From Acaryochloris thomasi RCC1774 (lineage in GTDB: Bacteria > Cyanobacteriota > Cyanobacteriia > Thermosynechococcales > Thermosynechococcaceae), in assembly GCF_003231495.1 (NCBI RefSeq), contig NZ_PQWO01000007.1:60001-92000 (forward strand): a stretch of DNA of 32,000 nucleotides, read 5' to 3'. The position numbers were made by a program, and so were the translations under genes. The notes beneath the pieces are model-generated. The model was not told where the DNA came from. It did not search any database and saw only the letters and a program-made list of their open reading frames with translations. Of the stretch, positions 23,954 through 32,000 are shown piece after piece. Each line of letters starts with the position of its first letter. The first letter of the stretch is position 1.

Positions 23954-25915
23954 ATGAACGATTTTGAAATTCTAGAACAAAAGTTTCTGGATTTTGCGGG
24001 TGCTGATCGCAAGCTCAGTATTGATGAATTTCAGGAAGTCTTTGATTTCAAGAATGATTTTTTGTGCAAACGTTTATTCACTATCTTTGACGTAGATAAA
24101 ACGGGGGGCGTAAATTTTCGGGAATTTGTGCAGGGTTTTAATTGGGCACAAGAAGACGAGATTAGATTCGCTTTTCGACTTCATGATATTAACGATGATG
24201 GCTACATTGATAAAAACGAACTCGCAAAGTTTATCGGGGCAAGCTTAAGAGAGACCCAATTTTATCTGCCCACAAGTCAGCTTCAACAATTGCGAGATAT
24301 CTTACTCGATAAAGCTGACACTAATGAGGATGGGGAAATATCTCTGCCAGAGTTTGAGGCATTGTTGGGGCAGTCACCTCGTTTGCAGAATGTAATGTCT
24401 GTGAGTCCTGCTCAATGGCTACAGCCTTCTAAAACAGAACCTCTGAGTACAACAACAAAAGAAGAATGGTTACGGCGATGGCATCATCTTCAAAATAATT
24501 GGGGAAAGGTGTTATTTGTCTCTTCGTACATAGCCGTTAACGTTTTTCTGTTTTTTCGTGCCTATACTAATCCTGAATATGCTTCGGGAACTTCTTTTCT
24601 CCGACTTGCTAGAGGATGTGGGTTAGCTTTGAACTTCAGTGGCGCTTTGGTTCTAGTGCCAATCATGCGACGCTGGATGACTTGGTTGCGTAAAACCAAA
24701 CTCAATGATTATTTGCCAATAGACAAACATCTTGCATTTCACAAGCTAGTGGGGCACACAATTTTTGTCTTGGCGGTCGTTCATACTGTGGCTCATATTG
24801 GCAATCTTGTGTCAGACAATCAAGATTTGCGCTCATTCCTGTCCGAGGGAGCAGGGTTGACGGGAGTGCTGCTACTGCTAATTCTATTGCTGATGTGGAT
24901 TACAGCCCAACCTTTTGTGCGGGAAAAAGGCAAGTTCAATCTCTTTTATATTGCTCATTTCGCTTATATCCCCTGGCTAGGGCTGATGATCGCTCATGGC
25001 CCCCACTTCATAAAATGGGTGGCTGTATCGCTCGGGGCATTTCTGATTGAACAAATCGTCCGTTATCGGCAAAGAAAGCGTACAACTCATATTACCAATG
25101 CTCAGATCTTACCCAGCAATGTTTTAGCGTTGGAGATTGCTCGACCACATGATTTTAGTTATAAGGCATCTGACTATCTCTACGTGAAATGTCCTGGTGT
25201 TGCCAGCTTTGAGTGGCATCCTTTTACTATTAGTAGTGCGCCTGAAAAGGAAGACTCTTTGTGCCTGCATATACGAGCCGTTGGAAGCTGGACTGGAACG
25301 CTGTATAGCCAATTCCGTGATTGGATGCCAGCTCGGAAGGACGATAGTGCTTTTCCTAAGATTCCAGTGTATTTGGATGGCCCTTATCATAGTCCCAGTA
25401 GTCATATTTATCGATCGCAACATGCTGTTCTGATTGCAGGAGGAATAGGAGTGACTCCCTATGCTTCTATTCTGCAGAGCATTTTGCATCAACGCCAAAT
25501 GGAGGCGAAGGAGCTAAACCTAGAGAAAGTTCATTTCTACTGGTTCAATCGTGATCAATCTTCGTTCGAATGGTTTCTGGCTTTGCTCCAAAAACTGGAG
25601 GCTGAAGATACTTTTAATCTGTTTGATATCAACCTGTATCTGACCGGTATGCCTAAAAACATAAATATGCAACTGGTCTCTCTGTACACTGCAATGGATT
25701 TATTGCATAACGAGCACAAGGTGGATTTGGTGACCGGCCTCAAGAATCAAACCCATGCGGGTCGACCGAATTGGAATGAAATCTTTCCCCAGTTGAAATT
25801 GCAATATCCGACTGAAAAAGTCGATGTTTTTTATTGTGGACCTAGAGGTTTATCGAGAACACTAGGGCAGCTGTGCAATGCCTACGGTTTCTCGTACCGG
25901 AAAGAAAATTTTTGA
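23954..25915 (+). CDS. NOX5-type calcium-regulated NADPH oxidase: EF-hand domain, ferric-reductase transmembrane domain and FAD/NADPH dehydrogenase domain
   Basis: EF-hand loops DVDKTGGVNFREF, DINDDGYIDKNEL and DTNEDGEISLPEF. Six predicted TM helices with paired His (HKLVGHTIFVLAVVHTVAH; HFAYIPWLGLMIAHGPH). FAD motif HPFTISSAP. NADPH motif AGGIGVTP. C-terminal FYCGP...ENF. Confidence 0.9.
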   Translation: MNDFEILEQKFLDFAGADRKLSIDEFQEVFDFKNDFLCKRLFTIFDVDKTGGVNFREFVQGFNWAQEDEIRFAFRLHDINDDGYIDKNELAKFIGASLRETQFYLPTSQLQQLRDILLDKADTNEDGEISLPEFEALLGQSPRLQNVMSVSPAQWLQPSKTEPLSTTTKEEWLRRWHHLQNNWGKVLFVSSYIAVNVFLFFRAYTNPEYASGTSFLRLARGCGLALNFSGALVLVPIMRRWMTWLRKTKLNDYLPIDKHLAFHKLVGHTIFVLAVVHTVAHIGNLVSDNQDLRSFLSEGAGLTGVLLLLILLLMWITAQPFVREKGKFNLFYIAHFAYIPWLGLMIAHGPHFIKWVAVSLGAFLIEQIVRYRQRKRTTHITNAQILPSNVLALEIARPHDFSYKASDYLYVKCPGVASFEWHPFTISSAPEKEDSLCLHIRAVGSWTGTLYSQFRDWMPARKDDSAFPKIPVYLDGPYHSPSSHIYRSQHAVLIAGGIGVTPYASILQSILHQRQMEAKELNLEKVHFYWFNRDQSSFEWFLALLQKLEAEDTFNLFDINLYLTGMPKNINMQLVSLYTAMDLLHNEHKVDLVTGLKNQTHAGRPNWNEIFPQLKLQYPTEKVDVFYCGPRGLSRTLGQLCNAYGFSYRKENF

Positions 25916-25940
25916 TGCCCAGAGAAAGTGATGGATTTGA

Positions 25941-26999
25941 TCAAGTCGTGATCCCGGAGTAAATCTTTCTAGGTAAATGCTCTGCGTTGATCTCAATCAC
26001 TAGATCGACGGCCTGTGGTTTTTGGATCAGTGCAGGAATAAACAACTTTGGATGGAGAGCTTTCCAGAAGTAGTCTACGAATTGCTCTACCTCTGTTTTG
26101 TCCATGCCGGTTTTGCCTGTTGCGATCGCAACTCGTTCGGCATTGATCCGCCAGCGTTTGCTGAGTTGATAGTCGGCGAGCTGCAGCACGATCAAAGAGT
26201 CGAGCCGTTCCCAAAGTGGCGAATAGTCATTGAGTGCTTGATTCATCTCCTGTGCGAAGGTCAGGTCTTCCGGTGTGTTGATGGGAGCAGGAGGATCTTC
26301 GAATGCGCTATCTGGCAATGGAAAGAGGCCCGTGAACCAGCCTTCAAATAGAACGATATCGGCTGGTTGAGCGGATTCAAAGCCGCTGCGATCGCCCTGT
26401 CCATTGTGAGCTGACTTATCAAATCGGGGAATATCCACGGCTTGAGCGAAGCGGAGTCGATCTAAAATCTCGATGCCGATGTCAATATCATGGGTTCCGG
26501 GTGGCCCACGCCAAATAAGTCGCGGATCTTGCTGCTGGAGTTGCTGACGGTCTGCGTAGGTTTTGTACAGGTCATCAATGGAAAGCGTGAGGCTGGTGTA
26601 GCCAAGCTGTTGCAAAATCAAGCACAGCATTGCAGTCAGCGTTGATTTGCCTGCACCCTGCATTCCTAAGATGCCTTGGATGAGAGGGCGATTGAGCTGT
26701 TGATGGGTCTGAATGAGTCTCTGGGCTAGGGGAAGCCAGAACTGCCACAGGAGATCGATGCAGGGCGTTTGAATCTGGCAGTCTTGCCAATATTGCTGGA
26801 CTTTGGGATAGAGGTTCGGGAGGAGTTGCGATCGCACGTCAATCACATCCTCCACGGTCTCGGGTGTCACGCCAAAGGCTACAGCCCAGTCTGGATCAGA
26901 CAACATCTGGGTTGCGAGTTGCGATCTCTGAACCGAACTTAATGATTGACCCGAAACCAAAGAATGCAAGCTCTCGACCATTGGTGTAGACATATTCAT
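25941..26999 (-). CDS. P-loop kinase of the plant/cyanobacterial D-glycerate 3-kinase (GLYK)-like family
   Basis: Walker A GILGMQGAGKSTL. Family-typical SIDDLYKTYADRQQL and WRGPPGTHDIDIG segments. The functional assignment comes from family resemblance only. Confidence 0.65.
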   Translation of the reverse strand: MNMSTPMVESLHSLVSGQSLSSVQRSQLATQMLSDPDWAVAFGVTPETVEDVIDVRSQLLPNLYPKVQQYWQDCQIQTPCIDLLWQFWLPLAQRLIQTHQQLNRPLIQGILGMQGAGKSTLTAMLCLILQQLGYTSLTLSIDDLYKTYADRQQLQQQDPRLIWRGPPGTHDIDIGIEILDRLRFAQAVDIPRFDKSAHNGQGDRSGFESAQPADIVLFEGWFTGLFPLPDSAFEDPPAPINTPEDLTFAQEMNQALNDYSPLWERLDSLIVLQLADYQLSKRWRINAERVAIATGKTGMDKTEVEQFVDYFWKALHPKLFIPALIQKPQAVDLVIEINAEHLPRKIYSGITT

Positions 27000-27157
27000 T
27001 TGTGCTTCTGTCTCATCTCCTGGGATGCCGTCACAGACTTGAGGTGAAGGCTAAGACTGAAATCAAAAGAACTCTAATGCCGGTGTTTATCATTTCCACT
27101 TTTGCGGTAGTTTAAGTAGAGTTTCAGGCGATGGATGCTTCAGATAAGAGCATGTTT

Positions 27158-27364
27158 CTACTGCCCGCGTCCTGGTTTACAGTCTGCGAACCCTATTGCT
27201 TCTGTATCTAGGAAACTTGCGATCGCCATTTCAAGAACGGCTTCAACCGGATACTCAATCTCAGCTGCACGAGTAATCAACGCTTCCTGAATGCGTTTTG
27301 GTAAGCACCTCAAAAGAACTTCGGCATCAGCAGATGAAAGTTTCTCTTTTGCTTCGGCTTGCAT
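27158..27364 (-). CDS. Small hypothetical protein of 68 aa from ATG 27364, coupled to the upstream GIY-YIG gene
   Basis: ATG lies 4 nt after the GIY-YIG TGA and is preceded by GAAAGGTGA, which resembles a Shine-Dalgarno site. Sequence MQAEAKEKLSSADAEVLLRCLPKRIQEALITRAAEIEYPVEAVLEMAIASFLD... is helical, possibly RHH or antitoxin-like. Confidence 0.5.
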   Translation of the reverse strand: MQAEAKEKLSSADAEVLLRCLPKRIQEALITRAAEIEYPVEAVLEMAIASFLDTEAIGFADCKPGRGQ

Positions 27365-27368
27365 TACT

Positions 27369-27740
27369 TCACCTTTCCGCCGGAATTTGAGCATTGTAAG
27401 GAGGATCTGTGGCCCTCAAGATAATGGCCTCCAGTTCCAATAGTAGCGTAGGGTTCTTTGAGTGCGGAATAGGGCGAAACACAATACGAATCGTCGCATC
27501 GTCATACTTATCAAGCCACGCCCACAAGAACGCTTTGTGTCCACCCTTGAAGCGCTTGCGCAAACTCTGTGTTTTACCGATATAGAGCAGCCCCTCGGTG
27601 ATATGCCGAATTGCATAAATGCCTGGACGCAGAGGGATATGAGTGAAGTCGCGCGTCAATGGCTCACATTGTTCGAAAGTTGTGAAGGCGATCTCGTCCA
27701 AAATTTTCCTGGCCTGGATTTTTAAATCTTCATTATTCAT
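27369..27740 (-). CDS. GIY-YIG nuclease-domain protein
   Basis: GIY...YIG motif: PGIYAIRHITEGLLYIGKTQSLRKRF. A downstream conserved Glu/Asn region (LELEAIILRATDPPYN). Confidence 0.8.
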   Translation of the reverse strand: MNNEDLKIQARKILDEIAFTTFEQCEPLTRDFTHIPLRPGIYAIRHITEGLLYIGKTQSLRKRFKGGHKAFLWAWLDKYDDATIRIVFRPIPHSKNPTLLLELEAIILRATDPPYNAQIPAER

Positions 27741-27826
27741 GGATACGAGTATCGAGAGCCTAGCTGTGCCGCAATCATCTGTCTGCAGTCCACTACAGGA
27801 TTTTATCTAAGGTTTAGCAGAGAGCG

Positions 27827-29104
27827 TCAGCAACGTCCCTCGCTTTGCCATATCTGGGCTAAAACTAACGCTTCCTTAGACGTCTCAATTTTGCCATCGG
27901 CCTGGGCTAGCTCTAGCGCGGTCAATAGCTCACCAATCTGAGGTCCAGACTTCAATCCCAGCGCGGTCATTAACGTCTTACCTGAAACGAGCGGTTGCGG
28001 ATGAGCGACGAGGCTCTCTGGATCGAAGTAGGCTTCGATGAAGGGATGCATTTCTTCAAGAGAATGACCGACGGCCATTAACCAAACCACTAAGGCTGGG
28101 AAAGCACTGCCAACCTGCTGGAACAAAAAGTATTGCTCCCGACGCGATAGCTGATGCATCGATCTCTGGGAAAGGGTATTACAGCTCTGCAGCAGCGAGA
28201 GGACAAGGCTCATTTCAGCCCTTGCATACTTGAGATTGCTCAGGGTTTGTTTGGCTGTCTTGACGTCGGGCGCTAATAAACCTAACAGCTTTACGAGACT
28301 CAGTAGGGTCCGCTGGGCGGCTTCACTGCCCTGGGCACGATCGTTAAGGGGCTGGAGCAAAAGGGGGATCATCTCAGGCCAAGCTATTTCCAGTTTTTTG
28401 ACCGCTGAATCAACCGCTGCAATCTGGTCTAAGCCTGCTGCGTGGGGGAGCCATGATGCCAGCAGCTGATCCTGCCAAAGCTGCTGTAGCCAGGGGGTGC
28501 CTTGGGCATGACTGAGTAAATAGCCCAGCTCTACACGCACGCGCTCAGCAGAGATCTGCTGTAAGAGCGGCGCAAACTGACGAATCGCGTTTTGAGTCGT
28601 GGGATCTAGTTCAAAACCAAGCTGAGCGGCTTGACGGTAGGCTCGCATTAAGCGCAGCGGATCGTCCTGAAAATTTTGGGGCGCGATCATTCGCATGACC
28701 CCTTGCTGGATATCCTGGAGGCCCCCGGTGGGATCGACTAGCTCTTGGGTGTGGGGGTTAGATGCGATCGCATTTACAGTAAAGTCCCGTCGCTGCAGAT
28801 CATCGGTGAGGGTGTCACCCATTTGCTGAGCAAAATCTGCCGTGGCGCTGGGGAAAACCACGCGGGCAATATGACGTTCAGCATCCAACAGCACAAACCC
28901 CGCTTCGTAATGTTCGGCAATGGCCTGAGCTGTCTCCACTGCGTTGCTTGGTAGCACAAAATCTAGATCTAAATAGGTGGGAGATCGGCCCCGCAATACA
29001 TCTCGAACATACCCGCCGACGAGATAGGCTGAATCAGGAATCCAGGCCAGATCGAAGGGCCACTGATCAAACAACGCGACAAACTGTTGGTCCGTAGAAC
29101 TCAA
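27827..29104 (-). CDS. cca: CCA-adding tRNA nucleotidyltransferase (poly(A) polymerase head-domain family)
   Basis: Head-domain signature YLVGGYVRDVLRGRSPTYLDLDFV, RRDFTVNAIA, DPLRLMRAYRQAAQLGF. Apparent TTG start at 29104. No in-frame ATG for about 90 codons. Confidence 0.88.
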   Translation of the reverse strand: MSSTDQQFVALFDQWPFDLAWIPDSAYLVGGYVRDVLRGRSPTYLDLDFVLPSNAVETAQAIAEHYEAGFVLLDAERHIARVVFPSATADFAQQMGDTLTDDLQRRDFTVNAIASNPHTQELVDPTGGLQDIQQGVMRMIAPQNFQDDPLRLMRAYRQAAQLGFELDPTTQNAIRQFAPLLQQISAERVRVELGYLLSHAQGTPWLQQLWQDQLLASWLPHAAGLDQIAAVDSAVKKLEIAWPEMIPLLLQPLNDRAQGSEAAQRTLLSLVKLLGLLAPDVKTAKQTLSNLKYARAEMSLVLSLLQSCNTLSQRSMHQLSRREQYFLFQQVGSAFPALVVWLMAVGHSLEEMHPFIEAYFDPESLVAHPQPLVSGKTLMTALGLKSGPQIGELLTALELAQADGKIETSKEALVLAQIWQSEGRC

Positions 29105-29123
29105 AACTAATGTTGTATAAAAG

Positions 29124-29204
29124 TGGGCGAGGAGAGACTCGAACTCTCACGACCGAAGCCGCTACATTTTGAGTGTAGTGCGTCTACCATTCCGCCACTC
29201 GCCC
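29124..29204 (-). tRNA. trnL: tRNA-Leu, anticodon CAA, class II long variable arm, no encoded CCA
   Basis: Hand-folded. Acceptor GGGCGAG/CTCGCCC. Anticodon stem CTACA/TGTAG with loop CTCAAAA. 13-nt variable arm CGGCTTCGGTCGT. T-arm GAGAG-TTCGAGT-CTCTC. Discriminator A. Confidence 0.93.
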
Positions 29205-29315
29205 GTAAAGCCTAATCATTATACCTAAACTGGGCCATTCGTCTGCCTGAACGTCTCAGATTTCGGAGATGGACAGATATGATGCTAGGAATGCTCTCTT
29301 TTTAGCCTTGCTTCT

Positions 29316-31760
29316 ATGGGTCGGCGTTGGTTTCAAAGCTTCGGACAGTTTATCCTCTTGGTTTGTTTTGCCCTCGGACTTGCCCTGCTGGGTCAGGCAC
29401 AAGAGAAGCCACCCGTCCAGATTTCAAACTATGCGATCGCACAGCAAGCGCCCTTCAATCAGCCCAACCACTATCCACTAGAGCAAACCATAGATCCCGC
29501 GCTTTATCAGCCCGTTGGCGACTGGGTCGGACGCCTGATTTTGCCTTCGACCCCTCAAGAGCAGGACTGGGTATGGTTTGAGGTGTACCATTCTTCCTCC
29601 GAGCATCAGGAACTGATGGGGCAGCAGGTGCGGCTAGAGTGGCACAGCACGGCCCAACCCTACGTACAGGCGGCAACACGAGTTGTTGATTTCTCTGCTG
29701 CAGTGGCGGCGAGTCAAAGAGATGGGAATATACATCCCACGCGGTTGAGCGATCGTCAAGTGGGGCCACTGCAGTCACTGGCTGGGGCACGTCCAAACGA
29801 TGACGTGCTGGTGACGCTAGACCCAACTGTGGTTAAGGGATCTGGAGATCAACCCACCCTCGAAATTGCAACAGATCCGGTGCAGGTGCCGGGACGCTAT
29901 TACACCGTGGTCAAGATTTTGACGCCGCTCAAGGCGCAAAGTCGGGATATTTCCCCACCTTGTCTTGCTCAAGAGTCCTGTCCTCAAGAGCTGTTTGAGG
30001 TCCGTCACTATAATCCTACTTCTCAGGAATTTGATGGTCCTCAAGAGGTGATTCGGATTCCTCAGGTGATGGCCGACCGGAATGGGGTTTATCGCTCGAC
30101 GATTGATCAGTTAAAAGATTCACCCGCAGGAGAGGAAGGCTGGTATGTCTATGGGGCGAAGGATGCTGAAGGGGTGTTTGTAGGGGTTGCGATCGCACCT
30201 CTCTCCCTCCTAGATCTGCAGCCTGACCGAATCCTCACCGGCAGGCCCGCTGCCCGTCGCGGTGCTTGGAAGCAAGCCATCTCACAAAAGGGAACGGCTC
30301 ACTCTGTTTTAACAACAACGACGGCCAAGAATGCCGAAGCAGCCCTCAAAAACTGGCAGTTAGGGGATCAGGCACTCGTTCTTCATTTGTTTGGTGGCAT
30401 TGGCGGTCAGAAGGCCGAAGCCCAGTCCGTCATTGGAACCGTCACCGGGCATGTCGCTTTTGGGACAGCTCAGGTGATCCGTGACCCGCTCACTCAGGCT
30501 CTTCGATTTGATATTCAGTATCAGCAGATCTATTCCCACAATCCCGATGGCATCATTGCTGGCCCCATGCATTGGTCAGAATATACTGGCAACCTACAGC
30601 GAGGCTGGTTGGGCACTCGTCCTGTCACAGATGTACTGGTGAATTTCCCTGCCATCACCGAAGAATACGACTTTGACGGCATCATCATTTCGCCGATGCA
30701 GGAACTGAAGCAACAGCTTCAATTGATGGCGGCTCGCTATCGCACTGGGGATGGCACTGGTGCGGCCTTGGTTACGCCTGCGAAGTCCTGTGCTCAAGAT
30801 TCGAGTCAGGCGGTCTACACGACGATTAAGATTATTAATGAGCAAATTCGGCAATCGCCGAAGATTCAAGCGTGGCTGGAGGCTAATCCCCAGCATCCTC
30901 AAACGGAGCGCTTTCAGGAGCTGGTTGCATTAGGAAATCGTTTAGAAAGAGAGCTTGTGCCTCTCGGCATTGTTCGTCCTGATTGGCAGCAGAATGCTGA
31001 AGTATTAGCAGGCATCCAACCCCAGCGCGGCTTCACGAATCAAGATAATATCGTCACCCAAATTCTGAGCTGGCGCACCATTATTCCCCACGTTGTTCAC
31101 GATCAGCTCACCGATATCTTTCGAGACTCAGGCGCTCAGCTCTGGTTTTTGCAGACTAACCAAGTCGGCGGTTGGGATGCCAGTATTGCTCCTCTTGAGG
31201 CGACTGAACTCTTGGGCCAATGGCCCGTTATTCCGCGTGTATTCTCTCGGTTAATTGATGCTTTAACCACTTTCCCGGATAGATGGGGTTGGCTGCTCTC
31301 TGGCGGCATTCTCTTGGGATATGCTTTATTCGCTTTGTGGTTTGGCTGGCGACAGGGTTTTCTAAAGCAACATTCAACGCCCGTTAAGACAAAGCCAGCT
31401 CTGGCAATTGTGGTCGGAACTTTCTTAACCCCTGCTTTGTTTGAAGAACTGCTTTTCCGAGCGCTGATCATTCCGCATTCCTACGAGGACGTTTGGTCGC
31501 AAACCACTATGCTGTGGGCTTCTATAAGCTTGGTATTGTTTATCATTTATCATCCGCTCAATGCTTTGACAGCCTACCGACGCGGTGCCCCCACTTTTTT
31601 TCAACCCACTTTTCTGATCCTAGCCGGATTGTTAGGGGTTGCCTGCACGCTGACGTATGTTCTAACTAGTTCACTTTGGCCCGGTGTTTTGCTGCACTGG
31701 CTCGTCGTTGTCGTTTGGCTACTGCGACTCGGTGGTCTGGAACGACTCGGTATGCAGTAG
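29316..31760 (+). CDS. CPBP-family (CAAX/Abi-like) intramembrane protease with a roughly 620-aa N-terminal extracytoplasmic domain
   Basis: N-terminal TM or signal segment (FILLVCFALGLALLG). C-terminal multi-TM region with CPBP motif 1 EELLFRALI and a later His-containing helix (IIYHPLN, LLHWLV). The large N-terminal domain has no family I recognise. Confidence 0.78.
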   Translation: MGRRWFQSFGQFILLVCFALGLALLGQAQEKPPVQISNYAIAQQAPFNQPNHYPLEQTIDPALYQPVGDWVGRLILPSTPQEQDWVWFEVYHSSSEHQELMGQQVRLEWHSTAQPYVQAATRVVDFSAAVAASQRDGNIHPTRLSDRQVGPLQSLAGARPNDDVLVTLDPTVVKGSGDQPTLEIATDPVQVPGRYYTVVKILTPLKAQSRDISPPCLAQESCPQELFEVRHYNPTSQEFDGPQEVIRIPQVMADRNGVYRSTIDQLKDSPAGEEGWYVYGAKDAEGVFVGVAIAPLSLLDLQPDRILTGRPAARRGAWKQAISQKGTAHSVLTTTTAKNAEAALKNWQLGDQALVLHLFGGIGGQKAEAQSVIGTVTGHVAFGTAQVIRDPLTQALRFDIQYQQIYSHNPDGIIAGPMHWSEYTGNLQRGWLGTRPVTDVLVNFPAITEEYDFDGIIISPMQELKQQLQLMAARYRTGDGTGAALVTPAKSCAQDSSQAVYTTIKIINEQIRQSPKIQAWLEANPQHPQTERFQELVALGNRLERELVPLGIVRPDWQQNAEVLAGIQPQRGFTNQDNIVTQILSWRTIIPHVVHDQLTDIFRDSGAQLWFLQTNQVGGWDASIAPLEATELLGQWPVIPRVFSRLIDALTTFPDRWGWLLSGGILLGYALFALWFGWRQGFLKQHSTPVKTKPALAIVVGTFLTPALFEELLFRALIIPHSYEDVWSQTTMLWASISLVLFIIYHPLNALTAYRRGAPTFFQPTFLILAGLLGVACTLTYVLTSSLWPGVLLHWLVVVVWLLRLGGLERLGMQ

Positions 31761-31831
31761 ACCTCTCATATAAATCACCCCTGTTAGATGTTTGACGATG
31801 CTTTCAGAGCAAGCTTTTAACGCTTTGCACT

Positions 31832-31859
31832 GCCCCCCCGACCCCCCAATTTTGGGGGG
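31832..31859. repeat. C-run/G-run palindromic element GCCCCCCCGACCCCCCAATTTTGGGGGG
   Basis: CCCCCCAA/TTGGGGGG (31842-31859) is a perfect inverted repeat, preceded by a second C7 run. It resembles short dispersed C/G-run repeats seen in cyanobacterial intergenic DNA. Only a weak T-rich stretch (CTTCTTTGGTTT) follows several nt downstream rather than a proper T-tract, so a terminator role is doubtful. Confidence 0.3.
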
Positions 31860-32000
31860 AGAGCAGCCTTCTTTGGTTTATGTGGAGCGGTAAATCGTTG
31901 TCTCCCGTGATCGCTCGCATGTCTGAATTTACAAGTAGTGCCTCGTGAGATGCAGTGTATTGCTGCCGGGTGAGGTACGTCTTGGATGTAAGAATGCCTT

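Noticed and set aside
1-32000. CRISPR arrays, rRNA genes, transposases, integrases and retron-like elements
   Set aside because: Scanning by eye found no regularly spaced direct repeats, no rRNA-like segments and no ORF with DDE, tyrosine-recombinase, serine-recombinase or reverse-transcriptase motifs.

Overview
Cyanobacterial chromosomal segment. The evidence is 21 exact HIP1 octamers (GCGATCGC, counted by eye), a NOX5-type oxidase, a GLYK-type kinase and a CPBP protease.

Left edge: the 3' part of a GT9 glycosyltransferase gene and tRNA-Pro(CGG) at 806-879.

From about 0.9 to 19.9 kb lies a defence island with no integrase. Its backbone is a class 1 DISARM system:
- drmD, SNF2 helicase, 1582-4752
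- drmMI, large N6-adenine methyltransferase, 5662-9810
- drmA, helicase, 13148-17053
- drmB, DUF1998, 17064-18929
- drmC, PLD nuclease, 18907-19743

The DISARM locus is interrupted twice. First, an opposite-strand PIN/RHH toxin-antitoxin cassette sits between drmD and drmMI, and its PIN gene looks decayed. Second, a 3.3 kb insert sits between drmMI and drmA. It carries three tiled, uncharacterised small ORFs on the minus strand (9932-10836, with one in-frame TGA) and a 704-aa protein that fuses a RelE/ParE-like toxin domain to an SF1 UvrD-like helicase (11037-13151). The stop codon of that fusion gene overlaps the drmA start (ATGA). This fusion gene and the divergent small-ORF trio are the best candidates for something undescribed.

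Other observations in the island:
- An abrupt codon-usage switch inside drmMI, from G-ending to C-ending codons.
- A polybasic drmMI tail ending in a motif that resembles a beta-clamp binding site (QMKLFL).
- Diverged direct copies of a roughly 55-59 codon ORF bracketing the island.

Right of the island:
- A CDP-sugar gene trio: rfbG, an RmlC-like epimerase and a SAF-domain oxidoreductase.
- An AT-rich patch without HIP1 that carries an EF-hand NOX5-type NADPH oxidase.
- A GLYK-like P-loop kinase.
- A GIY-YIG gene paired with a small ORF.
- The CCA-adding enzyme gene, directly preceded by tRNA-Leu(CAA).
- A large CPBP-family membrane protease.

I saw no CRISPR array, rRNA, transposase or integrase.
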